Shown here in pieces: positions 38,401-50,905 of a stretch of 64,000 nt of DNA; the first letter of the stretch is position 1; each line of letters starts with the position of its first letter. Position numbers and translations under genes: made by a program. Origin of the DNA: Hydrolagus affinis. Its lineage: Eukaryota. The stretch covers positions 1 to 64,000 of the forward strand of contig JAAILG010000045.1 of assembly GCA_012026655.1 (NCBI GenBank). The letters are read 5' to 3'. The notes beneath the pieces are model-generated. The model worked only from the letters and a program-made list of their open reading frames with translations, ran no database searches and was not told the DNA's origin.

Positions 38401-39379
38401 GAGCATGTGTGGTTTTGATAAAAGTCTATTTGTGATGGCACTAGTCCAGACAAGCAGTTTTAATTTCTTAAGGATATATAAACATACAGGCAAGCTCTTG
38501 AATTGGATCTTGCAGTGGGCAAGAAAAAGCAAACGCTGCAATTTTATTGTTCTCTGCGACCACTTGCAGGGTTGATGTGTAGCTTCTTGAACAATTGCTG
38601 TAAATAACTCTATAGCTTTGAATGCATTTGTCATGAACACATGTGTTGCTGTGGTTACAGGAGTTCATAGGAAGACTCATTTAGAAGTTACCTGGTTATT
38701 GATTAGACTATCCTCCTTGGGGCGAGGTGATGATCCAAACCTGGATATTCTTGGAGCGAGCTGGCTCCAAGGTGATGAGTCTGGAAATGGAGTGTTGGAA
38801 TCAAGTTCATCCTCTGACAGTCTTAGTTGTCCAGTTTCCGAGCCAGCTGGATCTGCACCACTCCAAGCCCCTTTAGATGACAGATCAGCCGGTCTGGCTT
38901 GTTGGGGGATCAGATTAAGCACTGGGAAGGGAAATTATTCCCACTTGGCTCCTGTTAACCGTGCAAGCCAAGGCCTCAACTGATGGTGGCAGTCCTAGCT
39001 AGATAACTTTGTGAGATAGTGCTATCAATGCAAGCTATGCGATGTTAGATTGCTAAATTGCAATGCCCAACACACCACTTCTCCATTAGCCCAATGTACC
39101 TCTTGCAATCCCCAAGTCTTGTGTCTTGCCAGCCTGAATGTGACACTTTCCTAAATTAAGTAAACAGAGCGTGAACATTCTGCAGGAGAGAGTGACATTC
39201 CAGACAAAGGGGAATTTCCATGTGCAAGCGGCGTGTGTACAATCTGTGGACCTTTTAATTTGGTTTGGATACTTGGATAGATAGCATGGTGATAGTTTTA
39301 TGCATGTATCAGACAACTGACTGAATATAAATACTAACACACCAGTTGGTTGAGTTTACAATATGAAAGGTGACATCCT

Positions 39380-39750
39380 CACTCAGTCTTTGGGTCAGAA
39401 GGTTTCATACCACAATTTGCATAAAGCAGACAGTATAGACCGACACTCCAATGAGTGCTTTTGTATTGTCAGAGGTGCCATCCTTTGGATGACATTAAAC
39501 AAGGTCTCATCTGCTTGTTTGGGTTGGTGTCAAACATCCTATGGTACTATTCGAAAATGGAAGGGAATTTCTCTGAGTGTCCTGACCAATAATCCTCCAG
39601 ATAAAATTATTCACTTCACGGCTGTGTCTGGGGCTGTTTGGGGGTACAAATTGGCTGCCATGTTTGCCTAGAAGTACAGTCACTATACTTTATTTGTGAA
39701 GTGCTTTCAGTGGTTATAAACACTAATATCAAAAGCATGAATTATTATAA
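39380..39750 (+). mobile_element. Older Deu-domain SINE
   Basis: gacactccaatg...tgtcagaggtgccatcctttggatgacattaaacaaggtc...aaattggctgcc. Confidence 0.65.
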
Positions 39751-40393
39751 AGAATCTAAGCAACAGAATTATTGTTTTTCACTTCCGATTTTTCTAAATG
39801 TCATGAAGCAGAGAATTATTACATTTGTTTTTAAAGGTGTAATAGTATAATACTGCCTCATGATATCAGTCCAGATCTTCAAAGCTTTGTTCGACTCTCA
39901 TTATCCATCAAACTTTACAACTGTGCACTCACAGCTCTGCTTTCCTCTCCTCCACATCAATGATGGCCTCCCCTCCAAACTGATGTAGAGACTCTCATCC
40001 ATGCCTTTATCTATCGCCTCCAGGCTCAATTACTCTCATGCCCTGCTCATTGATCTCCTCAGCATCTCCCTATGTAGCTATTGACTATCCACAACTCTGC
40101 CACGATGATTTTATTTAATCAATTGAGTAAATTCAGACCCAAGAGGAATTTCTCTCCAATTATATATTAACTTGATTCCGAGAGTGTTACCACAATGAAA
40201 GAAGTGACCAGTGATTTAAAAGGTTAAGGTCATAAAATAGTAGTGCAGAATCCTGTGTGTCCACGTCACAGGGGTTAAGTATAGAGATATACACAGGTAT
40301 ATCAAATGTCATATGTTTAAGTACCCGTTGTACAGTATATCAGTGTAGTATATAGCGTATACTGCATACTTGCTAGATTTTCAATACAGTATG

Positions 40394-40399
40394 TTTATT
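40394..40399 (-). terminator. Candidate distal decorin poly(A) signal (proximal alternative at 41015-41020)
   Basis: AATAAA on the minus strand ~790 nt and ~165 nt after the DCN stop. Confidence 0.4.
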
Positions 40400-41182
40400 T
40401 TGATTATTTATCCAAAGCACTTTAAAGTTTTATAACCCTGCAGCAACAAGTAATTGGGAGCTTAACGTTTTATAGAATGTTTGATATTGCAAATAGGTTA
40501 CAGATCTACATTCCTACAGATATACAATTCTAAACTGTAAAGTTCCACACTGTTAAGTAACAGGACATGTACATGTGCTAGAAGATGTTGAACATAAAAA
40601 CATAAAAATCCCTCTTTTTAGAAAAAAATAAAAAAAACACACACAGGCCTACAGCAGACAATTTTGCTCAGTCATCACTTTAGTCACTGTGAGGCCAACA
40701 TGCTGTTGTTCACAATGCATACAATTTACAGAATTTGGAAAAGTTGTCAATCAACAATCAAAAAGCTCATTGTAAAATAGGAACGAGGAAAATAACTCTT
40801 GTGGTATATTTTTTGCGTGGATTTGGTCCAAATTGTTTAACTGCCATTTGTTACCTTTTCAACAAAAATGCAGAGAATTTTTAAAGAATTTTAAAAGAAA
40901 CAGAGTGGAAGGAATAAACAGTTGACAGGAATGGAAGTCACAGAACAAGATACTACAGTTTCCATGACAATAGATAATAAATTACTGAGCTGACTGGCTG
41001 TAATGTATGATATGTTTATTTCTATAGTGATGGTCAGAATAATGAAGATATTTTTGCAGCTATTTTTAGTCAGCTACAGTTGACTGCATGTTTATGCCTA
41101 TGAGTAGTTCTTGAAAGTCTTTACTGTATGAGAGATGTTCAGCACTAAATGCAAACATTATCTTCTTACAGATTGTGAAGGT

Positions 41183-41377
41183 TTACTTGAAATTTCCGAG
41201 CTGGATAGCTCTACGGTCCGTTACGCAGCGGAAGGTTGTTGGTTGAACTTCCCAGTACGGAACAGGGTTATTAAAGAGACTTATTCCAGAATACAGGGTT
41301 TTCTTTGTGTTGTAGCCACGAGCACAGAAGTCATTAACACCCACAGCAGCAATGCGATTGCTATGGAGGTAAATAAC
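41183..41377 (-). CDS. DCN: Decorin last exon (exon 8, 195 bp)
   Basis: Acceptor tgtccccag|GTT; [64 protein letters not shown]. Confidence 0.95.
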   Translation of the reverse strand, partial: VIYLHSNRIAAVGVNDFCARGYNTKKTLYSGISLFNNPVPYWEVQPTTFRCVTDRRAIQLGNFK

Positions 41378-42084
41378 CTGGGGACAGAAGAGTTCATACA
41401 TAATGTTTACAAATCTGTACTTATTGATACTTTCCTGCGAAAAAACATTCTATATACAAAATAACATGTTAAACATAATACAGTTGTTGTTTATAGTTTT
41501 AGTTATTGGGGCACAACAGTTTAAGATTGAACATGGTTTTGACATTGCAAGAAGCATTGCTAGAAAATGCTTGGATGACTTGGGACACTGAATAGATGAG
41601 CTACTATTCTGTGAGATCTGATTCCTATAGATTGCCAGTCCATTAGCATAAAACGTTCCATAATATAAGAGTATTAGGTGATTCTAGGGGAAAGGTAGAA
41701 AATGTGATAAAAAAGAAATTAGATTTCATGTCGGGAGGACATCCCAAGGTGCTGGACAGTCAGGGATTTGGATCTGAGTTGGATCCTTGGGATCAGGAGG
41801 GTTGGATGGGTGGGAGGGTAGGAGACAGAAGTGTGACCAAAGGCATGGTCAAAGGGGAGGGTTTTGAGATGGGCCTTGAAGGAGGCAAGCAACGGTGGGA
41901 GCGAGGCGAAAGGCCTGTGATCTGCAATGATCAACTAGAATGGCAACACAGACTTGACTGGCTAAATTGTCCAAAGATGATCCTTTGGGGATTCCTCCTT
42001 GTGCTATTTACATCTTTAGCAATACTACAGATTTTGCTCCTACTCCTAAATGCCATATTTTCAGCATGCCTTTGATCTACCTAC

Positions 42085-42223
42085 CTGGATGTATCTGTGG
42101 TCAGGTAATCCACCTGGTACTTTGACAAGTGCATTGTTGTCAAGGTGGAGTTCTCTCAGATGTGGAACATGTTCCAGGGTCCCATTGTCAACAGAGTGGA
42201 TCTCATTGTGGCTCAACCCAAGC
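42085..42223 (-). CDS. DCN: Decorin exon 7 (139 bp)
   Basis: atcatag|G ... CAG|gtaggt; [47 protein letters not shown]. Confidence 0.95.
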
Positions 42224-42973
42224 CTATGATACATAGAAGAGTAATTTAGATTGAGGAACAGTGTAGAAAGCAAGTTTGGATACTGACAATAGAAATTCCT
42301 AGTAAGGAACTGCAAATTAATTCATGTTAAACTTGCAGTACTAATTGTTCACCCGTTCTCTTTGGATGTCATCATGTGGTGGTGACAAGGTTCTCAGTGA
42401 GTGTTGATATGCACACTGACAACCACTGTCTGCACAAAATGCACCCAATATTGCATAAGATCAATTCCTAATATTTCCAATAAGTCTGGCAATAACATGG
42501 AGATACACGATGATGTTTGTAAACGGTGAGGTTTATGCCTAGGACACTCAAAGAGCAACAAGGTAGGTGTTCAAAACCCAGCAAGGAACATATCACAAAG
42601 AAGACCACGGTCAGACTTTATCCATTTCAATTGTCCTGTTCTGATACATACACATGCAAAGTTCTCATAGCTCAGTAGGCAGGATGGAAAACCCCCAACA
42701 GCACCAAACTTTAGGAAGGATTATTAACAGGGGGGAGAAATACATTTAAGAAGTATTCATAAGGGACTGAATATCTTTCTAGTATCAGCATAATATAAAT
42801 AGGTTGCTGCCCATTGCAGAGGGGAGAAAAATTAGAGGAAGCACACATTTGCACAACCATTCTTGCAGAACTCATAGCAATCATTCTCTCCTGTGAGAGA
42901 AGGGGAGGTAGAGAAAAGAAAACTTACAAGTGATATAGAATTCAACATCATTTTTGATTGCATTTTATTTTAC

Positions 42974-43067
42974 CTGACTAAGTGGTTCAAACCCTTGAGG
43001 GAATCAGCTTTAAGTTGAGTGATTTTATTGCCATCGAGATGGATTTCAGAGAGAGAAGATGGGAGAC
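42974..43067 (-). CDS. DCN: Decorin exon 6 (94 bp)
   Basis: ctccaag|GT ... AG|gtaaaa; [31 protein letters not shown]; not in the ORF track. Confidence 0.93.
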
Positions 43068-43669
43068 CTTGGAGGGAGAATAATGGCAAAATTATTCATT
43101 TGAGAATTATTATAATCAACTGGGCTCATTAAATAACTCACAAACCAAATAGATTACTGGCTTCCTAGCATCGAAAATACAAGATTAAGAAATTCTTGTT
43201 CACTTATATTTTTGCCTTGGAAACAAAGTTATTGATAAGTCTATAGAAATATTTTGTTTCAAAATATCAAATGTAGCAATGACCTTTTTAATCGTTATAT
43301 CAAAACACCGGAAAATGCTGCAAAAAAATATCTCTGTTGAGTGTGGTACCTTTCTTTGTAGGGAAAGATGTCGGCCATTTTCACCATCATCCTCTCATAT
43401 ATATAGCAAGAGGTGAACCCATCAATCGGGATTGGATTATTGGCCAGGCAAACGAGTGAAAAACAACTTTCTTTTTCTAATGTAGGAGTGAGATCTTCAA
43501 ACACCCATCTGAACCTAGTCAGCCAGGACCTCAGAGTAATGTTGTTTATTGGCACATCTAACATTGTCACATACTCCCAGCATTTCTAACTTGTGAGTTC
43601 TATCTCTTTCATTTATTTTCATTCATGTACTGAGTTTGTGAATCTGGGTCATTTATGGCCAGCTATTCT

Positions 43670-44020
43670 GGCATGGTTGGTAACTCTTTGCTTCTGGTTC
43701 AGAGGGTGCTATGTCCAAGACTAATATATGAGCTCATATCTTAGATTAATTCTCTGATGCAGTAATGAAAGAATCCTCTTTGTTGGAGGTAACGTTCTTC
43801 GGAAGAAATGTTAAGTGGAGATTCCGTTTGTCTGCTCTGATGGTGCTTTTGCCAATGTTCCTCTCTCATCCAAATTCACATAAAAACACAGATTAATTGG
43901 CCATCATTTCTTGTGCAGAATAGCCTCCGATGCACTACACTTTAAAGTACCTTGATGGGTGAAACATTTGGTATGTATCAATATAATGAGGCGCTATATC
44001 AAATGCAGGAATTATATCAT
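43670..44020 (+). mobile_element. Older Deu-domain SINE, degenerate
   Basis: Same layout as the 9050 and 39380 copies, with gcgctatatcaaatgcagg tail. Confidence 0.55.
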
Positions 44021-45075
44021 ATTATCCTATTTCAAGTGGATGGTAAACATTTTGACTGAACAATAGCAGCTGACAGTAATATTTCCCTTCTTCTTTCTTA
44101 TTGTGAAGAATAGATCCATTAAATTCAGGAAACCTCCTGTTTTTAATGTGGAGCAAGTGAAGTTCTGTGAGTGATTAGGGTCTGTGGCTGAATGCCTAGG
44201 GGCAGTCAGGCTGGCAGTCAGATCATTGGATGGAATTTACAGGAAATTGAATATTTGTTTTGTAACTTCTCTGTCTAACAAAGGCCTTTGTTGCATTTTT
44301 AAAAAAAAATCCATTCTGAACCATAGTTCTGGTTAAACTCCTGTCAAGACAGTCAGTCAGGTATAAATTGTAAATCATGTCAAGAATTATACATTAGCTG
44401 GCAAGGATATGACTGCTTCGTTTGATCATAATCCACAGATAATTATGACCAAACATGATGCTGAGTAGCTGTGCAGTATATAATGTGAACATCTGCAACA
44501 GATTATCTCTATTCTAATGAAAAGACAGCTTTGTTAACCCATCCCTTCCTTATTACCCCCTTCCCTTCAATCTTTGCTAAACCCTTCCCTCCAGTGCTTG
44601 TTAATCTCTTTAGTAGTTTTTATTAATCCCTCTCCAATACTATATTTCCCATACAGATTGACCTGGTGTACATTTGCCTCATTTTATGTTTTTTAATTTT
44701 AGTTTCCAGTATTCCTCTATTTGAAAAAACAATCATTTCAAAAGTAAAACTTAAAGAGCATGACAACAAACCTAATAACCCTTACAATGTGCACACCAAG
44801 GTTTACATGTAAACAAACTGCATAGCAAACCAACATCATCAATACCAAATCACTGCACTGCTTATCATCATGAACTTTACAAACTTCCATATTTTGTGAG
44901 TTAAATTCAAAAGTAATGAAATAGGTGAAAATTGCCTTATATTCATTTATAAAAGCCATATTTCAGGATACCTCCAGATCAGTTGATCCATTGCATTTTG
45001 GATTGCATATCCTCGAGCGGGAAGTAAGGGGTTAAGTGGAGCAATTAAGTGGAACTGCTCCCTGCAGTTAATTAC

Positions 45076-45189
45076 CTTTCGGGACAGCAGTGAGAGCAGC
45101 TTCAGAAAGTCGGATGAACGAGAGTTTTTTCAGTCCATGGAAAGCTCCGCTATCGATTCCAGAATTTTTCAGTGGGTTATTGCCCATTT
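45076..45189 (-). CDS. DCN: Decorin exon 5 (114 bp)
   Basis: ctcacag|AA ... AAAG|gtaatt; [38 protein letters not shown]; not in the ORF track. Confidence 0.93.
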
Positions 45190-45659
45190 CTGTGAGGAAA
45201 GTTTTTTTTTTAAAAAAAGCCCAAAGTGTTATCCATTTGACTTGTTGAAATAATCACAATTGCAACCATTTTAATGTCAGTGTCTTGTTGAAGAAGAATC
45301 AGGTATGAAGAAGATTCACAAAGACAAGGAGTCACTTGATCCTCAGATCAACATTGATCTCCGAAGTCTAGTTGCGATGTGAGACACATCTGCAGTACTC
45401 TGGTGACAGACCAGAGCAAGCTCATCAGCAAGACTTTGAGGGACACATCAGTCAATGGGAGCTAGGAGTCTTCCCACTCATCTCCTAATAACTCTGGCAG
45501 ACAAAACCCTAACATGTGCCTTGGTCTTAGCTGGATAATGAGCTGGAGACTGGTTGGTGTTCATATGGCAAAAATGCATAATTTTCTATGTTTATCTGAT
45601 CTGCACATCAAATCATTTGGCTGCGGGTGACCATAGACATGGTTGAACATGTAGGTCTT

Positions 45660-46087
45660 AACGGATTCAATTCAAGATCCTGGTCCTCACATTCAAAGCC
45701 CTCCATGGCCTCACCCCAACCTACCTCTGCGACCTCCTAAACCCTACCAACCTACCCACTTGCTTCGCTCAGCAGGCACTGGCCTGCTCCATGTCCCCTG
45801 ACCCACCTGCCCCACCATTGGTGGGTGAGCCTTCAGCCACTTTGCCACTAACCTGTGGAATTCCATCCCGCAATCTCTCTGCCTCGCCCCCCTCCCTAGT
45901 CTCCTTCAAGTCCCGCCTCAAGACCTGCCTCTTCTACAGTCCCATCGGTCAACCCAAATCCCCCACTTTCCCTCCACCCTCCCCATTCTTGACCCCAGCT
46001 CGGGTCTGAATCAATGACTGTCCAGCACTTTGGGACGTCCTCCTGATGTGAAAGGCACTTTACAAGTGTAAGTTTGTTGTTGTTGTT
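45660..46087 (+). mobile_element. L2 LINE 3' end
   Basis: FKILVLTFKALHGLTPTYL motif plus tail. Confidence 0.85.
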
Positions 46088-46782
46088 AAAGTGGGATTGA
46101 AAGATAGATGAAGAGTGGGGAGGCAAAGGGATTGTGGCAGAGAGTTCCAGAGGTTAGTAGCTGAAGGTAAAGTCACATATGGTGGAATGGAGTCGACTGG
46201 GAATGTGCAGGAGGCCTGTGTTAGCTTTAAAAGAATGGTACGCAGGCAGTGTGGTAGGACAGCTTTTTGTGGCTTTGATTTCCTGTTAAAAGCATTGGAA
46301 AGTATGTCTGAATTATAACTTCAAAGCTGTGCAATGGAATAACGGAGCATAATTTGTTGCCCACAATTCATTCTCAGTCATTGTGGCATACAGAACTGAT
46401 CCCTTCCGAATAAAGGAAAAAGTCAGATCACCCATCACGTCAGAATTTTTTCAAATGTTCCATTATTCTGTGCAGTTGACGGAGGCCAGAAATAACTAGA
46501 ACCATGTCTGTGCTGGCTGTGTCAGGAGAAAACCTTTCAGTTCCGTTTACCTGCCCTTTCCCCATCCACCTGCAGTTTGCAACTTTTAGATATTTATCTA
46601 GTTCCCCTTTGAAACAAATATGGGTGAAACAAATATCATTGAGATTGACATGAAATCTTTTGCAGCACCTTGCAGATTGGATCTGGATAATAAGCCTTCA
46701 AGCATTCATTAATGGGTTTGCTGTCAAACAGCTGGATCAAAGACTTAGAACATCATCGATGTATAATCACCTCGCTGGGAGA

Positions 46783-47800
46783 ACAACAACAACAGCACAA
46801 TTACACTTGTATCGCGCATTTCACATCAGGAGGACGTCCCAAGGCAGTCATTGTTTCAGATCCAAGCTGGGGTCGCAGACAGGAAGCGTGGAGGGAAAGT
46901 GGGGGATTTGGGATGACCGATGGGACCATCGAAGCGGAGAGTCTTGAAGTGGGACTTAAAGGAGGCTAGGGAGGGGGCGAGGTAGAGGGTCTGCGGAATG
47001 GAGTTTCAGAGGGAGAGTGGCTGAAGGCTCATCACCAATGGTGGGGCGGGTGGGTTGGAGGATGTGGAGCAAGCTGGAGCCTGCTGAGTGGAGGGGGCGG
47101 GCAGGTTGGTAGGGATGTAGGAGGTCAAAGAGGTAGAGTGGGGCAAGGATCTTGAATTGCGTGATAGGGAGCTAATGGAGTCGGGCGAAGATGGGGTAGA
47201 TTGGGTCACAAATCTTGGAGCGATAGAGGACATAGGCCGCAGAGTTCTGGATTATCTGCAGCCTTTGGAGGGAGGAATTGGGATGGCCAACAAGCAGGGC
47301 ATTGGGGTAGTCGAGCCAGGATGTAATGAATGCATGAATGAGGGTTTCAGCGGCCTGGGGGGTGAGGTATTGGTGGAGTCAGGCAATATTGCGGAGGTGA
47401 GGGAAGACAGAATAGGCCATGGGTTAGATGTGGGGGTGGAAAGAAAGTTGAGGAAGACACTTAGGTTCCTGACTGGCTTGGTGAGGTTGAGCATGGAACC
47501 ATGAGGGTTGAAGCAGCCAGTGCCTGATGCATGAAGATGCTGGTGCAAGCCAATCAGGAGGGCCTCAGTCTTGTTGATGTTCAAGTTAGCTGTTATTCAG
47601 GACTTGATGTCCTCCCAATGTGAAGGGCGCTCTATAAATGTAATTTTTGTTTGTTGTTGTTGTTAGATGTCTGACAGACAGTCTGTCGGGACAGCAGTAG
47701 TCCTAAACTGGAGTGTTGAGGCAGAACGATAGAGTTAGGAGTCATCAGCATACATGTGGAAGTTGACCCCATGTCTGCGGATTATGTCACCAAGGAGTAG
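46783..47800 (-). mobile_element. L2 LINE ~1 kb 3' portion reaching the RT core
   Basis: Minus strand [23 protein letters not shown] and the L2 tail. Confidence 0.85.
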
Positions 47801-47911
47801 CATATGTGTGTGTGTGTGTGTATGTGAGAAAACATTCAACTGAAATACAATTCATAAAAATCTGATAGCATTACATATAAAAGGAAATAAATCGGATAGA
47901 GTGATTTATAC

Positions 47912-48125
47912 CTAAGGCGTACACCAGTGTGAGGCCATCAAAGGCATGTTTCTTCACCTTGGTGATTTCATTCTCATGGATACGCAGTTCATGTAGTGAC
48001 TTGGGCATGTTTGCTGGGATTTCTTTCAGCAGGTTCTTTGACAGGTACAGTCTTTGCAGCTTGACCAGAGGAGCGAAAGCTTTGGGATGGATGGTGCTAA
48101 TTTTGTTGTTTACAAGGATCAAGGC
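47912..48125 (-). CDS. DCN: Decorin exon 4 (214 bp)
   Basis: tcttctag|GCC ... TTAG|gtataa; [59 protein letters not shown]. Confidence 0.96.
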
Positions 48126-50182
48126 CTAGAAGATGAGAAAAATCCAATAAACTTAACCTGAATGGGTAAACATGTAATGTTAAGGCTTTGCATCAAACCA
48201 CAGGACTGAAGTGGAATAATTTTACTATATCATTCCATTTTGAGCCAATTCTACACACATTTAAAGTTGCACAAATACAGCAACCATTTCAAACCACTAA
48301 ATATATTAACAGAGAAACAAAAAGGTGTAGGGGAAACAATGAAACAATTTATAGTGTGCACAAAGTTAGTTGTTGGGTTTTCAAAGATGAATCCTATTTC
48401 TTTAAGAAGAGATATTCTGATGTTCTTGTGCCACATGCAAATCTTGACTAACAAGCAATAAGAATGCAATCTTGACTAACAAGCCAGGCCTCTGTCAATG
48501 CTACTTTGGAACCCAAAAGACAGTGTATAATATTAGCACAGGTTACCTTGTGACACAGTTTTCCCCCTCTCTCTCTCCCTCTCTCTACCTCTGGGGAAAT
48601 GCCTCATTACTGTATTATGAAATACCTTCCTCAAGCATTCAAAAAGAGAGTACAAGAGAGCACACTTAAATCATTTTGCACATTTTAAAGACAGCCTTAG
48701 TAAAAAAAAAGAATACTGTCTCTTTAATTGTCTGCCATTATAGTATTTTGGTGCTAAAGGCTTTCTCCTCTTCTTAATAAGCACAAACTAAGCTGTAATT
48801 TAAGGAAAGTGCACATTAGTGCAATGCCACATAAATTACAGACCAGTGACTTTATACTGATTTCAGGCCATTGAACTCTGTTAACATAATATCTCGGGAG
48901 CCCACAGAGGACACCAGTCAGTCCAGTCTCAGCTGAGGTTTACTGGAGGTGCCCTGGGTAAATCAGAAAATGTTACTGATTTGTGTCTGTCTTAGCAGAA
49001 AGCTAAGATCATCTGTGCTGTACTGTCCCTGCCACTGTTCATTACAAGACATTGCAGGATTTTTTCATGGAATGTGTTTTGTTCTGAATTAAAATATAAG
49101 AATGACTATTCTAGCTTTAACCTTTTGGGCCGATTGTCCCTCAAGAAACAGATTTTAGAGAAATTGAATCAGCACTTTATTGGAATCTTGCAAACCCTAT
49201 TTCACAATCCCTTGTGTGCCATTCTCAAGTGCCCTTCCTTAGAAGGTCGGAGGCTCTTTCTGAGCTGCTGGAGTGAACCTACTGCTGTGTTTGGCAGTCA
49301 ATCCAATTCATATCATGAGATGTCCAAATGCTAGACTACTCCACACATTCACCTACAGAAATATTACAGATACAAGAGGGAGGGTGAGAAAAGATCCTTT
49401 GCGAAGCAAGGTGTCGATGTCCAGCACATTTTGCAGTTCTTATAAATTTAAGGTATTTTGAACACTATTGAATTTCATTGACAAAGTACATGCGAAATGT
49501 TAAAACTCTGCAAATGATCTTAAAAGATAACTAGTCAAATGGGATAGGATGTCAGCCACAACTTGATACTGGAAATGGAATTCATAAACAAAGTGAAACA
49601 AAGCTGAAACATGAAAGGCAACAAAATAAAATTACAATATTTCCAGTCTGATAATATAATCATAATCCTGGCATTTGATATGGCGCCTATCACATCATTG
49701 GGATATCTCAAAGCGTTTCACAGAATATACTGTGAAATGGATTTTGTATTGTGTGGGCGAAACATAGCAGCCAATTGCACACAGAGGCATTCCACAAACA
49801 GTTGTGAATTGTGCAACTAAATGAGTATGAGAGAAAGTGTATGATCTATGTGAACCCACAAGATGAAGAGAAAGAAAATCCACCTATGTCTAGATTTACT
49901 CTATTTCTGTAGTATCTCAGTGTCCAGAATTTGGCAAATTGTTGGATTCAGTCTTCATTATGAACCAGATTCCTATAGTTTTTAAAAGAAATTTACAAGA
50001 AAGCAACAATAAAAGTAAGCACGCAGGTAAGAATTTCCCAAATTGTTAGCACTCTGGAAATGAGTCTTAATTCATTGAGAATTGAGGTGAATTCAGAGTA
50101 ATGTTACTTTGTTACAGAAGACAGCTTTATTGCAAAAGTAAAACAAAAGCCGTGAACAAAATATCCTTCAAGGGTAGCTTAC

Positions 50183-50295
50183 ATGTAGGTTCCGAAGGTT
50201 CTTGAAGTCATTTTCTTTTATTTCTGTGATTTTATTGTTTTGTAAGTCAAGCAGGGTGGTGTCAATGGGGATGTTCTCTGGCACCGAAGTCTTAC
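50183..50295 (-). CDS. DCN: Decorin exon 3 (113 bp)
   Basis: tgatacag|GT ... CAT|gtaagc; [38 protein letters not shown]; not in the ORF track. Confidence 0.94.
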
Positions 50296-50601
50296 CTGTA
50301 TCAGAAGAAGAATTGAAAGTCGTGAACATTCAGTGGTTCATTATCTACAAGGAAGTTGCGTACGTTTGTTATTTGTAGTTCACTCAGTTCCCATCACACT
50401 TTTACCCTCCTTTCCTAGACAACTATTTGCACAGGGCTGTAAATGCTGGCACCTGTGGAAAATGTCGGATGTCAAAAACATGGTGTGGGATGATTTATGC
50501 AAATGGAAGCAAAGTCCTGATCCACCATTAAACCACCACAAACCAAATGCTTGTTCATAGTTGAGACCTGCCTAAAACAGTCTAAACTCTCCCCATATAA
50601 C

Positions 50602-50905
50602 AATAATAATCCTTGCATTTCATATAGCACTTTGCACATCTTCCAGACGTCTCCAAGCGCTTCACCGTATATACTGTAAAGTGAATTGTATACGTGTGGG
50701 CAAAATGCGGCAGCTAATTGCGCACAGCAGTGTCCCACAAACAGTCGTGGTTTGAACTGACCAATTTATTATTGTTTTCTTTCTTGCAGGATTATTATCA
50801 GGCATGTGGAGTAAGGAAACATGCCCAAGGTTTTACCCTGCCTGAAATCGAACTCAGGTCTCTCACATGTAAGGTGAGTGCACCAACCACTGAGCTACAG
50901 GACTC
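50602..50905 (-). mobile_element. Full-length tRNA-derived SINE
   Basis: Reverse complement of the 32452 copy. Confidence 0.88.

Noticed and set aside
38618-38983. GC-richer block with ORFs on both strands, two GTGATGA boxes (38727, 38772) and CTGA (38814), resembling a C/D snoRNA
   Set aside because: No terminal stem, no clear D' box, no plus-strand host intron and no recognisable protein similarity; cannot be supported without a search
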